Positions 49,355 through 58,612 of a DNA stretch of 64,000 nucleotides are shown here, in pieces. The stretch spans positions 31,360-95,359 of the forward strand of contig CAZWVL010000005.1 of assembly GCA_964637115.1 (NCBI GenBank), in the 5' to 3' direction. The position numbers and the translations under genes are program-made. Numbering within the stretch: position 1 is the first letter of the stretch; each line of letters starts with the position of its first letter. The notes under the pieces are model-generated. The model had not been told where the DNA came from and searched no databases. It saw nothing but the letters and a program-made list of their open reading frames with translations. The stretch comes from an uncultured Methanosarcinales archaeon. GTDB lineage: Archaea; Nanobdellota; Nanobdellia; Woesearchaeales; ARS49.

Positions 49355-50104
49355 TCAAGAACGTCTTGGCATCGCTAAACCCACAGAATATCTCACTGTT
49401 GGTTCTTTTTCTTTTCTTTTTGTTTCAAATCTTTTCAGATCATGAGAATTTCCGAGCGTTTTTCTGATCATATCCTGGTCGCCAATTAAAATTAAGTCCA
49501 TATCCACCAAATGTCCCCTGTGCTCATATTCGTGCCTTTTGACTATTATTGGAGGCGAACTTCTCATTACATTATTGCACAGGATTGCAACGTATTCTTC
49601 CAGCACGCGTCCTTTTATGTGCCTGATGGAGTCCTGGTATGCTTCTGGGTGAGTTGGCATTCTGTGCCAGAGTTGGCATATTATGTCCATTTCATCTCTT
49701 TTTGGGTAAAAGATATGCTCTAGAGGCATGCCGTGGTTGTTAACTATCTGGAAAATCTTCTCAGCATGTGTTATGAGAAGTGGTGGCGAATCTTCATTTG
49801 TTATCACGCTTTCCAATGCTTTTAAGCTTCTGTCTCTTTTGAGTTCTTTCAACTGATACAGAAAATCAAGCGAGTGTTTGCTTTTGCCTATTGCTGCTTC
49901 ATTTTTGAAGAAAATCACGCCAGAGTCAATGTGCACCTTTGACTCTTCTTGCATTGCATTTATGCATCTTTTCAGGTATGCTTTTCCCCATCTTGCTTCG
50001 CTGCACTTGCCTGCAAATCTTTCAGAATTCAATCCGTTGGTGATTTCTATGACTGCCGCGTACCCCGCTTCCCGTATTTTCTCGGCTAATTCGTGTCTGT
50101 ACAC
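49355..50104 (-). CDS. Hypothetical protein
   Basis: 249-aa ORF. A possible acidic nuclease-like motif (EEYV…VDMDLIL) is unconfirmed. Confidence 0.55.
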   Translation of the reverse strand: MYRHELAEKIREAGYAAVIEITNGLNSERFAGKCSEARWGKAYLKRCINAMQEESKVHIDSGVIFFKNEAAIGKSKHSLDFLYQLKELKRDRSLKALESVITNEDSPPLLITHAEKIFQIVNNHGMPLEHIFYPKRDEMDIICQLWHRMPTHPEAYQDSIRHIKGRVLEEYVAILCNNVMRSSPPIIVKRHEYEHRGHLVDMDLILIGDQDMIRKTLGNSHDLKRFETKRKEKEPTVRYSVGLAMPRRS

Positions 50105-50171
50105 TCACTATCATTATATTGTAATCAAGAACCATATAAAAACATTCATTGTCAATAGTAAGTAGCAATTT

Positions 50172-50501
50172 TCAGGTCATTCCGTGGGATGGTGTTTGCA
50201 CAAGGCATCCGTTGCAAGTCTGGTTGTACTTGTTCATTTCTCTGTAGAATTTCCAGCGGGAAACTATTTCACGGTTGAAAATGTATGATTTTCCATGGCA
50301 TTCGTTTATTAGTCCTATCGCAGATCTTCCGTATTTGAACCATTCTTTGTCCGTATCTTTGTTATCTACAAAATATGACGTTCCGCCATCAAGGCACTGT
50401 CCTCTTTTCATTTCTTGATACCAGACAGGTTCAATGTATAAAACACCGATGGCTGCGATAATCACAACAGCAATAATGCCTAATATTATTTTCATAACCA
50501 T
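50172..50501 (-). CDS. Small exported/membrane-anchored protein
   Basis: N-terminal TM and four Cys. Confidence 0.55.
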   Translation of the reverse strand: MVMKIILGIIAVVIIAAIGVLYIEPVWYQEMKRGQCLDGGTSYFVDNKDTDKEWFKYGRSAIGLINECHGKSYIFNREIVSRWKFYREMNKYNQTCNGCLVQTPSHGMT

Positions 50502-50537
50502 CAGAAATATGCTGTTTGTTTTATTTTTATTGATTTG

Positions 50538-51368
50538 TTAAGGTTTTTTACTTAGTTCTAGAACTTCCAATGCTAATTGTCTTGTTGCAGCTGTTATTAC
50601 AACAATCTGTTCTTTTTGGCCAAACTCGAGATATCTTTTGCTTCCCAGATCTTCGCCTTTTCCGTCTACCATCACGCCGCCTGCTTCTTTAACCAATCCA
50701 TACGAAGCAGCCATCTCGAGATTGTTCTTTCGCGTGCATTCTATCAATAAATCAGCGTCTCCTGATGCAACGTCTGCATATCCTGCGCACGAAGCGCGCA
50801 CAGGCCTAACAGAATATTCTTTAAGTTTTTCAGCAAGCTTCCTGTTTATTTCAAAATAATCATCTACGTAAATTCTAGTGTTCTTGTCCAAGCGCATTGT
50901 AGTTGACGCATACACTGGCTTTTCAAAATGTTTGATTTGAACCTTGATTCCTTGTCCTTTTGCAGCTGTCAACATTCTTTTTGTTGCATGCTCCATGATT
51001 CCACCAACAAGATAATCATCGTAATAGGGATTTAGTCCTGCAAAAATTTCAAGCATTGTTCCATATCTTCCAATGCCTCTCTCTTTTTTATAAACACTTG
51101 AGCCATCCAAACCATCCAGCACTCCGGTGTATTCTGGATTTCCCATGTCAACAATTCCGTGTTCTTCTGTGTGAAACCGTATTGGAAAATTAGCTTCTCT
51201 GAATGTTTGAAGCACAACCTCTTCACAGGTGATGTCGCACAGCAGTGCAGTGTCTCCGTGCTCATTTTTTTTGACCTCTTGCAATCCTTGGACTCCGAGG
51301 TTGTCGTGTGCAATTGTAGCTCTTTGCAGCGCATTCAGAACGATTTGTTCAACTTCCCTGATCCCCAT
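50538..51368 (-). CDS. Inositol monophosphatase/FBPase-family protein
   Basis: Motifs CDITCEE, TEEHG, LDGLDGS and EMAASYGLVKEAGG. Confidence 0.85.
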   Translation of the reverse strand: MGIREVEQIVLNALQRATIAHDNLGVQGLQEVKKNEHGDTALLCDITCEEVVLQTFREANFPIRFHTEEHGIVDMGNPEYTGVLDGLDGSSVYKKERGIGRYGTMLEIFAGLNPYYDDYLVGGIMEHATKRMLTAAKGQGIKVQIKHFEKPVYASTTMRLDKNTRIYVDDYFEINRKLAEKLKEYSVRPVRASCAGYADVASGDADLLIECTRKNNLEMAASYGLVKEAGGVMVDGKGEDLGSKRYLEFGQKEQIVVITAATRQLALEVLELSKKP

Positions 51369-51440
51369 GTGACAAAGCAAGCTTCTTTCCTATATAAGAA
51401 ATCCGCAACCTTTATAAAACCCCCCTTGGTTCCTCAAGCT

Positions 51441-52178
51441 ATGGCCAAGGGGACTACTGCAGCAGCAGTTATTGTCAAGAAGAAGAAATGGGTTCCAATT
51501 AGAGCGCCCAAGCTGTTCAATGAACAGGTTATTGGCGAGTCTTTTGTAGGCGAAGCCCAAGAGCTTGTTGGCAGGCACGTTACTGTCAGCCTGATGGTTC
51601 TTACAGGCGATCCTCAAAAGCAGACTGTCAATGTTTCTTTCAAGATTACCGGCTCGAAGGACAACGCGGTTTTCTGTGAACTTATCGGGTATCAGGTTAT
51701 TCCATCGGCAGCCAAGAAATTGATGCGCAGGCAGAAAAGCAAGATTGATGATTCTTTCATTGTTGAAACGTCTGACAAGAAATACATTCGTGTCAAGCCC
51801 TTGATTGTTACCAAGGGGCGTACTACGCATTCTGTGCTGGCTGCAATGCGCAAATTGGAGCGCGCTTACATTGCCAAGACGATTTCTAAGATGGACTTTG
51901 AATCATTTTTTAGAGAAGTTGTTCAGAAAAAACTTCAGCATGGTCTTAACCAGCTTCTTCGCAGATTGTATCCTGTTGGCGCGTGTGAAATCCGTCAATT
52001 AGAGTTAATTCCCACTGAAAAAATCAAGGAGCTTGGTTTGAAGATCACCCTGCCTCCTGAGAATATGCCTGAGCTTCCGAAGAGGGAAGCTGAGAAGCTG
52101 AAAGAGGAAGTTAAGGAACCTGTTTCTGAAAAAGAGAGTGCGAGTGAATCTTCAACAGAACAGCCTGAAGCTGCGTAA
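51441..52178 (+). CDS. rps3ae: Ribosomal protein eS1 (S3Ae); start reassigned
   Basis: KKKWVPIRAPKLF, GRHVTVSLMVLTGD, RRQKSKIDDS and LYPVGACEIR. Confidence 0.9.
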   Translation: MAKGTTAAAVIVKKKKWVPIRAPKLFNEQVIGESFVGEAQELVGRHVTVSLMVLTGDPQKQTVNVSFKITGSKDNAVFCELIGYQVIPSAAKKLMRRQKSKIDDSFIVETSDKKYIRVKPLIVTKGRTTHSVLAAMRKLERAYIAKTISKMDFESFFREVVQKKLQHGLNQLLRRLYPVGACEIRQLELIPTEKIKELGLKITLPPENMPELPKREAEKLKEEVKEPVSEKESASESSTEQPEAA

Positions 52179-52182
52179 TTCT

Positions 52183-52743
52183 ATGGCGCTTGAGTCGCTT
52201 GTTATTTCTTTGGAAGACAAGGCAAAAGCTGTGAAACTGACATCTGCCGGCTTGGTTTATGTTGCGAACAAGTGTGAGGAGTATTTGCGTGCTGAAAATA
52301 GGGGCGGATTATCTAAAGAAGGACGCCAGATTTCTCTTCGTTATCGTCATGACTTGAAGGATTTGTTGAGGCAGGCAAAGGAAGGAAAGTCTCCGAACGT
52401 CACTTTTGAATTCCGTGACCAGTTTGAATATCTGGTTAATCATTCTGTTGAGAGAGAAAAGCATAGATTTAGCAAATTGTGTGGACAAGCAGAAAAAGTG
52501 TTGCCGTATTTTGTTGGCGGGTTTTTTGGAGCCGGAAAGATTGAATGGGGTTTGTTTAGCGCGGGCGTTTTTGGATTGATTTGTGGTGCTGACCATTTCT
52601 TGGCAACGCATACAAAGGAATCCGCGCGCTTGGACGCAATGCAGGTCATGATTTCAGATGATAAGGTGTGGCAGCAGGCCATTAACGTGATTTCTTATCA
52701 TAAAATGAACTGCTTGAATGCGAGGAATTGGTATGCCAGGTAA
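52183..52743 (+). CDS. Hypothetical membrane protein
   Basis: G/F-rich TM hairpin. Confidence 0.55.
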   Translation: MALESLVISLEDKAKAVKLTSAGLVYVANKCEEYLRAENRGGLSKEGRQISLRYRHDLKDLLRQAKEGKSPNVTFEFRDQFEYLVNHSVEREKHRFSKLCGQAEKVLPYFVGGFFGAGKIEWGLFSAGVFGLICGADHFLATHTKESARLDAMQVMISDDKVWQQAINVISYHKMNCLNARNWYAR

Positions 52744-53326
52744 ACTTATCGGCCACGGCGCAGAAGCGAAATTGTTCAAGGTAGATGATAAAGTAGTCAA
52801 GGAGCGTTCTGCAAAAGGCTACCGTCATCCAGTTATTGACGAAAAGCTTAGAAAGCTCAGAACTAGAAAGGAAGCCAAAATCTTGGAATCATTGCATAAA
52901 CTGGACATTCCCGCTCCAAAATTATTGAAAGTCTGCGATGAAACAATGCAGATTGACATGTCTTTTCTTGAAGGTCCGAAAGTGAGGGACGTCATGGACG
53001 TGAAATATGCGCGTGAGATTGGAATGCGGGTTGGAATTCTGCACAGGAGCGATATTATTCACGCTGACCTTACCACGTCTAATATGATTCTGAAAGATAA
53101 CAAAATTCACTTGATCGATTTTGGCCTGAGTTTTGTAAGCAAAAAAGTTGAAGATAAGGCAGTTGACTTGCATCTTCTCTGCCGTGCTTTGGAAAGCAGG
53201 CATCACGAAATCTATCTTGATTGTATGAAAGAAGTGATTGCTGGTTACAAAGAGACTAATCCAGATGCAGATAAGGTTCTCGAACGCCTTGAAATCGTTC
53301 AAAAGCGCGGAAGAAACAAGAAATGA
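52733..53326 (+). CDS. bud32: KEOPS complex kinase Bud32
   Basis: Motifs GHGAEA, KGYRHPVIDEKLR, HADLTTSN, IDFGL and EDKAVDL. Confidence 0.93.
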   Translation: MPGKLIGHGAEAKLFKVDDKVVKERSAKGYRHPVIDEKLRKLRTRKEAKILESLHKLDIPAPKLLKVCDETMQIDMSFLEGPKVRDVMDVKYAREIGMRVGILHRSDIIHADLTTSNMILKDNKIHLIDFGLSFVSKKVEDKAVDLHLLCRALESRHHEIYLDCMKEVIAGYKETNPDADKVLERLEIVQKRGRNKK

Positions 53327-53865
53327 ATGTTCTCAAGCTGGAAAATAGATGGAGCATGCTGAGTGCAAAAGAACTTGCTCTATCCATTCATCCGATTGCG
53401 CGTGATCCAGCATCTCTTCCGCATGTTCTCCACATTCCGATGGAACGTATTGCTGCCGTCAGCGCACGTGATGAGAAATACATGATAGGCACAACAAATC
53501 TTTATTCCTGTCTTGGTCTTGCATTGTATGATGCTGCATCTCAGGTCGGTGCAATGGCACATGTCGGATTTGATTACAAGACATACCAAAAAAATTCAGA
53601 ATTCAAATTGTTTGGAAAAGTTCCTCAGCAGATTGACGGGTTGTTTGATGCCGCAGAGAAAAAAGGCGGTTCTAATTTTGATGCGTTTGTTGTCAATCTG
53701 CCGTCTGTGTGGCGTTCTCTGGTTCATGACCAGGAATTGCAGACAATCGTTTGGGATGCATTCACGAAGCGAAGCACTCCAATCAGGGCATCGTATATAG
53801 GCAAAGACCCGATGGAATTTAAGCTTGATTCAAAAACCGGCTTGATAACCCCATATTGGCAGTAA
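53323..53865 (+). CDS. CheD-like (Cys/His) deamidase-fold protein
   Basis: TTNLYSCLGLALYD…GAMAHV. Confidence 0.6.
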   Translation: MNVLKLENRWSMLSAKELALSIHPIARDPASLPHVLHIPMERIAAVSARDEKYMIGTTNLYSCLGLALYDAASQVGAMAHVGFDYKTYQKNSEFKLFGKVPQQIDGLFDAAEKKGGSNFDAFVVNLPSVWRSLVHDQELQTIVWDAFTKRSTPIRASYIGKDPMEFKLDSKTGLITPYWQ

Positions 53866-53905
53866 GTTAATATATTTCCATCCTGTTCTGTTATAAGAGG
53901 TGAAT

Positions 53906-54166
53906 ATGTCTTTCGCTACAGAGCTTCCAGGCTGGATTGGTGCAGTATTCATAATTCTCGCATTCTGGATGCTGACGCACAAAGTCGTGCATTCTCATTC
54001 CAAGACATATTTTGCTTTAAACCTGCTCGCAGGCATATTGCTGGCGTATGATGCTTGGATGCACAAAACATTTGCAGGCCTGACAATCAACATTGTCTGG
54101 ATCGTAATTGCCGTGTATGGTCTTGGCTGGGCGCACAAGCGCAAAGAGGTCAAATTAAAAAGATGA
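53906..54166 (+). CDS. Small 3-TM membrane protein (CBU_0592-like)
   Basis: GWIGAVFIILAF…YFALNLLAG…INIVWIVIA. GAGGTG SD. Confidence 0.65.
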   Translation: MSFATELPGWIGAVFIILAFWMLTHKVVHSHSKTYFALNLLAGILLAYDAWMHKTFAGLTINIVWIVIAVYGLGWAHKRKEVKLKR

Positions 54167-54822
54167 AATGGTTTTTTATTTTCTTATTGTTGTCAACTAT
54201 TGCAGTAGCTCAAACCGTGGCCGATTTTCCAGGCATTTTTCTTGTGCAGGATTTTTATCTTATCAAGGGTGATGTGCGTGATGTGCAGGAAATAGCAGCT
54301 GCTAACACAATTTCAATATATCTTCCTCTCAGCCAGTATCAGAAGGCCAGAATCACCAAGCGTGCTGAAGACATTGAAATTCTTGACCGTCCCGCTATTT
54401 TGGTTGGCACGCCTTGTCATAACAAGTGGATTCAGAGAGTTTTGAACTTGGAAAAGTGCGATGTTTTTGATGCAAGCGATGGTATTGTAATCGTTGGCAA
54501 GTATAATGATCTTCCAGTTGCCATCGTGACAGGCGGTTCTCCTAATGCGGTGTTTGGCGCAGCCCAATGGCTGTCACAGGGTGAAAACAGGTTTTACCAA
54601 TCCAGTTTTGTCCGTTTGGTGAAAGCTGCAGGATACTCTCGCACTTATATCGGCAATGGCTATTACATCAGCAACCGTAAATTGCTCTCAATCGGCCAGC
54701 CGATTTCTCAAGTCACTCCAGTGATAACCGTTGGCAGTCAGAAATTTAAAAGCACGTCTGCAAATGCGTACTTAAGACCGGGTGACGGCAAAGTTATTTT
54801 TGGCAGGCGTCCTAATTCTTAA
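54163..54822 (+). CDS. Secreted protein with an S-layer-type domain
   Basis: Signal peptide, DFPGIF…EIAAANTI and ILVGTPCHNKWI. Confidence 0.55.
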   Translation: MKWFFIFLLLSTIAVAQTVADFPGIFLVQDFYLIKGDVRDVQEIAAANTISIYLPLSQYQKARITKRAEDIEILDRPAILVGTPCHNKWIQRVLNLEKCDVFDASDGIVIVGKYNDLPVAIVTGGSPNAVFGAAQWLSQGENRFYQSSFVRLVKAAGYSRTYIGNGYYISNRKLLSIGQPISQVTPVITVGSQKFKSTSANAYLRPGDGKVIFGRRPNS

Positions 54823-54861
54823 GCACAGAAATACTTTTATAGAGAACCGTTTCTCACAAAA

Positions 54862-56355
54862 TTGATGGGTGAAGAGTTAAAAGAAGCGTGTGGGCTTTTT
54901 GGCATTTATGGTGATAAGAATGCTGCCTTAATTACATGCTATGGTCTGAGAGGTCTGCAGCATCGTGGTCAGGAAAGCTGCGGTATTGTGTCTAGCGATG
55001 GAACGGAGATGCATGAACGCATTCGAATGGGATTGGTTACTGAGGATAATTTTCCTGAGGAGATTTTTCCAAATGGCAGCGTTTCCGATTCAAATACAAA
55101 GATTGAAAAGTTGTATGGGCCCATAGCAAATGGTCATGTGCGTTATTCTACAACAGGCAAATCAAATATAAAAAATGCACAACCTCTTGTTTTGGACATT
55201 AAGTATGGAAAAATTGCGATTGGTCATAACGGGAATCTTACCAATGCCTTAATTCTACGTGAACAGCTCAAACAGCGCCATGCTGATTTCAAATCAACAA
55301 CTGATACTGAAGTTATCGGTCATTTAATTGCCCATTCCAACTCTACAAATTTAGAGGATGCGATAGTTGATGCTTTGCAACGAGTAGAGGGAGCTTATTC
55401 ACTTTTGATTTCAAGCAAAGATACGGTATATGCAGCACGTGATCCTTACGGTTTTAGACCTTTATACATCGGCCGTCTTCCAGGAGGCGCTGTTGTTATT
55501 GCTTCTGAAAATTACTCATTTGAAAAAACTGGCGCGATAATGGAACGCGAGGTGCTGGAAGGAGAGCTTATTTGTGTCGATAAAAACAGTATTGAAACTC
55601 CGCAAGGTTATCGCAGCAGGCAATTTGTTGCCCCTGATCTTATTAAGCCGGCTGCATGCATATTTGAATGGGTTTATTTTCAAAGACCTGATAATAAAGT
55701 AAAGCCGAAAGGCATCGATGATGATAAAATAAAACCTTGGCGCAGTATTGCTTCTATCCGTAAAGCATTCGGCAGGCAGCTATGGTTGGAGCACCCAGTA
55801 GATGCCGATGTAGTTGCTCCTGTGCCTGATTCAGGCAATTATGCTGCATCAGGTTATTCTGATGCAAGCGGCATTCCTTTAGAATTGGTATTTGTTCGGG
55901 ATCATTACAGCGGAAGAACTTTCACACTCCCGCGGCAAAAGGATAGAGTGGACCTGGTCAAGGAAAAACTCAATGTAGTCAAGGATTTTGTCAAAGGAAA
56001 ACGCGTTGTGATTACTGACGACAGCATTATTCGTGGAACAACTTCTAGAAACAGAATAATTCAGGTCAGGGAATCAGGTGCGAAAGAAGTTCATTTACGC
56101 ATTAGTTGTCCTCCAACAAAGCATGCATGTTACTACGGGATTGATTTCCCCGATCCCAAAGATCTGATTGCAGCAAACAAATCCGTTGAAGAAATTTGCA
56201 AAGAAATCGGTGCTGATACTTTAGGTTACTTGAGTTTGGAAGGCATGCTTAAAGCAGCTGGAACTGAAAAAGTATGCACTGCCTGCTGGACGAACGAATA
56301 TCCAACGCGATTACAAGATCACGACGCAGGTCTCATCACTGGAAAAAAATGTTAA
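54862..56355 (+). CDS. purF: Amidophosphoribosyltransferase, [4Fe-4S]-type with short propeptide
   Basis: Motifs EACGLFG, QHRGQES, GHVRYSTTG, HNGNL and DDSIIRGTT. Cys in CIFE, CYYGID and CTAC. Confidence 0.95.
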   Translation: MMGEELKEACGLFGIYGDKNAALITCYGLRGLQHRGQESCGIVSSDGTEMHERIRMGLVTEDNFPEEIFPNGSVSDSNTKIEKLYGPIANGHVRYSTTGKSNIKNAQPLVLDIKYGKIAIGHNGNLTNALILREQLKQRHADFKSTTDTEVIGHLIAHSNSTNLEDAIVDALQRVEGAYSLLISSKDTVYAARDPYGFRPLYIGRLPGGAVVIASENYSFEKTGAIMEREVLEGELICVDKNSIETPQGYRSRQFVAPDLIKPAACIFEWVYFQRPDNKVKPKGIDDDKIKPWRSIASIRKAFGRQLWLEHPVDADVVAPVPDSGNYAASGYSDASGIPLELVFVRDHYSGRTFTLPRQKDRVDLVKEKLNVVKDFVKGKRVVITDDSIIRGTTSRNRIIQVRESGAKEVHLRISCPPTKHACYYGIDFPDPKDLIAANKSVEEICKEIGADTLGYLSLEGMLKAAGTEKVCTACWTNEYPTRLQDHDAGLITGKKC

Positions 56356-56358
56356 GAA

Positions 56359-57396
56359 TCACGGCAGTATATGTTTATACGCGAAATAATCATCCACTTT
56401 CTTTATGTCCACATCCAGTATTGCTGCAGGGGGAAAGTATGTATGGTGGCCTTCTGCAAACATCAGTTGTGATTTGAAGTTGGTGACGTCAAAATTATTC
56501 CGCAGTTCGTGTAAAAACTGCTGGAAATGTATTGAATTTTTTGCCCAGAGTGATGCTTGCACGTTATATTGGCCGATTATTTTCGCGCAATAGTATATTT
56601 GTGGTTGCAGTTGTATAAAAGTCTCGAATTTTTTTTCGACTGCACCGGTGAGGTTGTCTACATGTAGGAAAATGTAATACATTTGGTAGCCTAGTTGCGT
56701 TAAATCAATAAGCCCGCGATAACCTTTTATGACTCCCGTTTGTTCGTAGCGTTTGATGCGTAATCTTACAGCTTCTTCTGATAAGTTGACGAGACGTGCA
56801 AGCTGCTTGTTTGTGATGGATGCGTCTTTTGAAAGCGCATAAAGTATTGTTTTATCGGCGATATCAAGTGAGTGTTCCAGTTTTTCCGGCATGAAATCTT
56901 TGATGAGCGCTTCTGAAAGCTGTGTTTGTTTGACAAGAAACGCTCCTCTGAATGTGTTTTTGTATTCCCGTTCGTAAGGGAACAGGTCATATCTTATGTT
57001 TTTCCCAAACTGCAATTCAACGCTCTGCATGCACTGTGCGAGATCTGTGGGTGTTCTCGTAAGAAAGCTTGTGCCGATGTCATAATCGCCGCTTAAGGAG
57101 CTTGCCCACATGAAATAGGGATTTTGAGCAAAAAATTGTATGCTTTCCTTGAGATACTTTTCATCTAATTTTGAGAAGCGCAAAAACATTGCATAAGCGT
57201 TCTGATAAAAGCGCGTCATGTCTACTTTAGTGACGATTTTCTTGAGAATGCCTCTTTGTTGGAGTCTTTTTATGCGATATGCTGCTACTTCCCGTGATAC
57301 ACCGATAAGCTTTGCCAACCTTCCTATAGGTAGTTTAGCATTATCCGTGTAAATTTCAAGTAATTTCCGGTCTTTAACGTCGAGCAGTGCTGACAT
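56359..57396 (-). CDS. Lrp/AsnC-family regulator with two tandem HTH-RAM units
   Basis: LDVKDRKLL…LAKLIGVSREVAAYRIKRL and LDIADKTIL…LARLVNLSEEAVRLRIKR. Confidence 0.85.
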   Translation of the reverse strand: MSALLDVKDRKLLEIYTDNAKLPIGRLAKLIGVSREVAAYRIKRLQQRGILKKIVTKVDMTRFYQNAYAMFLRFSKLDEKYLKESIQFFAQNPYFMWASSLSGDYDIGTSFLTRTPTDLAQCMQSVELQFGKNIRYDLFPYEREYKNTFRGAFLVKQTQLSEALIKDFMPEKLEHSLDIADKTILYALSKDASITNKQLARLVNLSEEAVRLRIKRYEQTGVIKGYRGLIDLTQLGYQMYYIFLHVDNLTGAVEKKFETFIQLQPQIYYCAKIIGQYNVQASLWAKNSIHFQQFLHELRNNFDVTNFKSQLMFAEGHHTYFPPAAILDVDIKKVDDYFAYKHILP

Positions 57397-57516
57397 AGTC
57401 CCCCTTTACAACCCGTTGTTTACATAAAACTGTCTTTGTATTAAATTCTTTTGTTTTTTGTAAAAATTCAGCTCAGAAATATTTAATATAACAAGGTCTA
57501 AGTCATTATCATAAAG

Positions 57517-57753
57517 ATGGCAAAAGGTGATCGCATGAATGTTGTTGTGAAAAACGCGGATGAATTCCAGAAGAGGTTCTGCACATCTGTTGAGCAGGCC
57601 AGGGCAACTGCCTCAAATCTTGCAGAACTTTTCCAGCGTCTTGGCACTCTGGGAGATGATTGTATAGGCATGAGAGTCTCTATGGGCGGCAAGCCGTTTG
57701 TCGTCGTGAGAGAAGGCAACACTTTTATTTTAGTCGAAGAAAAGGATTACTGA
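57517..57753 (+). CDS. Hypothetical protein
   Basis: ORF downstream of a TATA-like TTTAATA. Confidence 0.45.
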   Translation: MAKGDRMNVVVKNADEFQKRFCTSVEQARATASNLAELFQRLGTLGDDCIGMRVSMGGKPFVVVREGNTFILVEEKDY

Positions 57754-58151
57754 GCGTTGATGCCGTGTTTTTGCACTTCTGCTTTCCACATGCTGCCAAT
57801 CTTCACTAAATCTGCAGTGAACTTCGCTGATACTCTGTAAGTTTTCTTGTATAAATCGTAATCTATTAACCCCATTGCCTTCATTGGCGTCAGGATTCTG
57901 TCGTAGAATTGTCGTTTGTTGTATGACAACTTTACTTTCTTTCCTTTATACGGCGGCTCGTCGAGAATGCATTCGTATTTTCCGTCGTGCAATTGCGTCG
58001 CAAAAAGGCTCATGTCCGTCTTGGAAATCTCGCCTTTGCGCTGCACCATGAACTTGATGAGTTCTTTAGCGACGATCTTCTGCTGATTAGTTGAGAAAAT
58101 TACTTCGTAGATGTCTTCCGGTAAGTTGAATCTGTCAAACAAGATTACCAT
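57747..58151 (-). CDS. Hypothetical winged-helix-like protein, divergent from ftsZ; start reassigned to MVILFDRF
   Basis: GEISKTDMSLFATQLH…FYDRILTPMKAMGLIDYD. GGGAGTGG SD. Confidence 0.65.
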   Translation of the reverse strand: MVILFDRFNLPEDIYEVIFSTNQQKIVAKELIKFMVQRKGEISKTDMSLFATQLHDGKYECILDEPPYKGKKVKLSYNKRQFYDRILTPMKAMGLIDYDLYKKTYRVSAKFTADLVKIGSMWKAEVQKHGINAQ

Positions 58152-58318
58152 ATTGTAATACCACTCCCAGTATGGATTAATCTCATCCTGTTTATAAAGA
58201 TTGTGCTTTGCTCTCCTATTGTACAAAGACCCTTTTTCTTTATAACCATTACCGACGATAAACCGCCTTAAAATCAAAACCTTTAAATATAAGCTACCCT
58301 ATGCTAGTATACAAAAAT

Positions 58319-58604
58319 GTGACAATTGGTAACTTTGGTGAACCAGTTGTCATTCGTGATACTGGGCCAAAAGCCCAGTTGATGCAGGCAGAGAGGGAAA
58401 AAGAGGTGTTGATAACAAGTCTTCATAATCAGAGGGCTCTCCACTGTTTCTTTCCCATAAACCACCCCCCAAAACCCACAAAGAACTGGAGGGCCTTTCT
58501 ATTCCTCAAAAATGGCGTGAGCCATTTTGATGGTCCCGAAAACCGCAGTTTTCGCGGACCTCCTTCTCAATTCATTTTCCTTTAACAATAAAAAGGATGG
58601 AGGT
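58319..58604 (+). promoter_or_regulatory. Candidate structured 5' leader or ncRNA upstream of ftsZ
   Basis: TTTAAATA at 58282. Five hairpins whose G-U pairs favour the + strand, a GUGA tetraloop, and ACCTCC (58558-63) complementary to the SD GGAGGT (58599-604). Confidence 0.45.
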
Positions 58605-58612
58605 AGAAAAAC

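Noticed and set aside
50538-51368. Reverse transcriptase (YVDD motif) that could drive the DGR-like repeats
   Set aside because: The protein has the inositol-monophosphatase motifs and none of the other RT motifs.
58301-58585. 94-aa ORF upstream of ftsZ
   Set aside because: Its ATG is only ~11 nt after the TATA box, it has no SD or recognisable motif, and the region is better explained by RNA hairpins.
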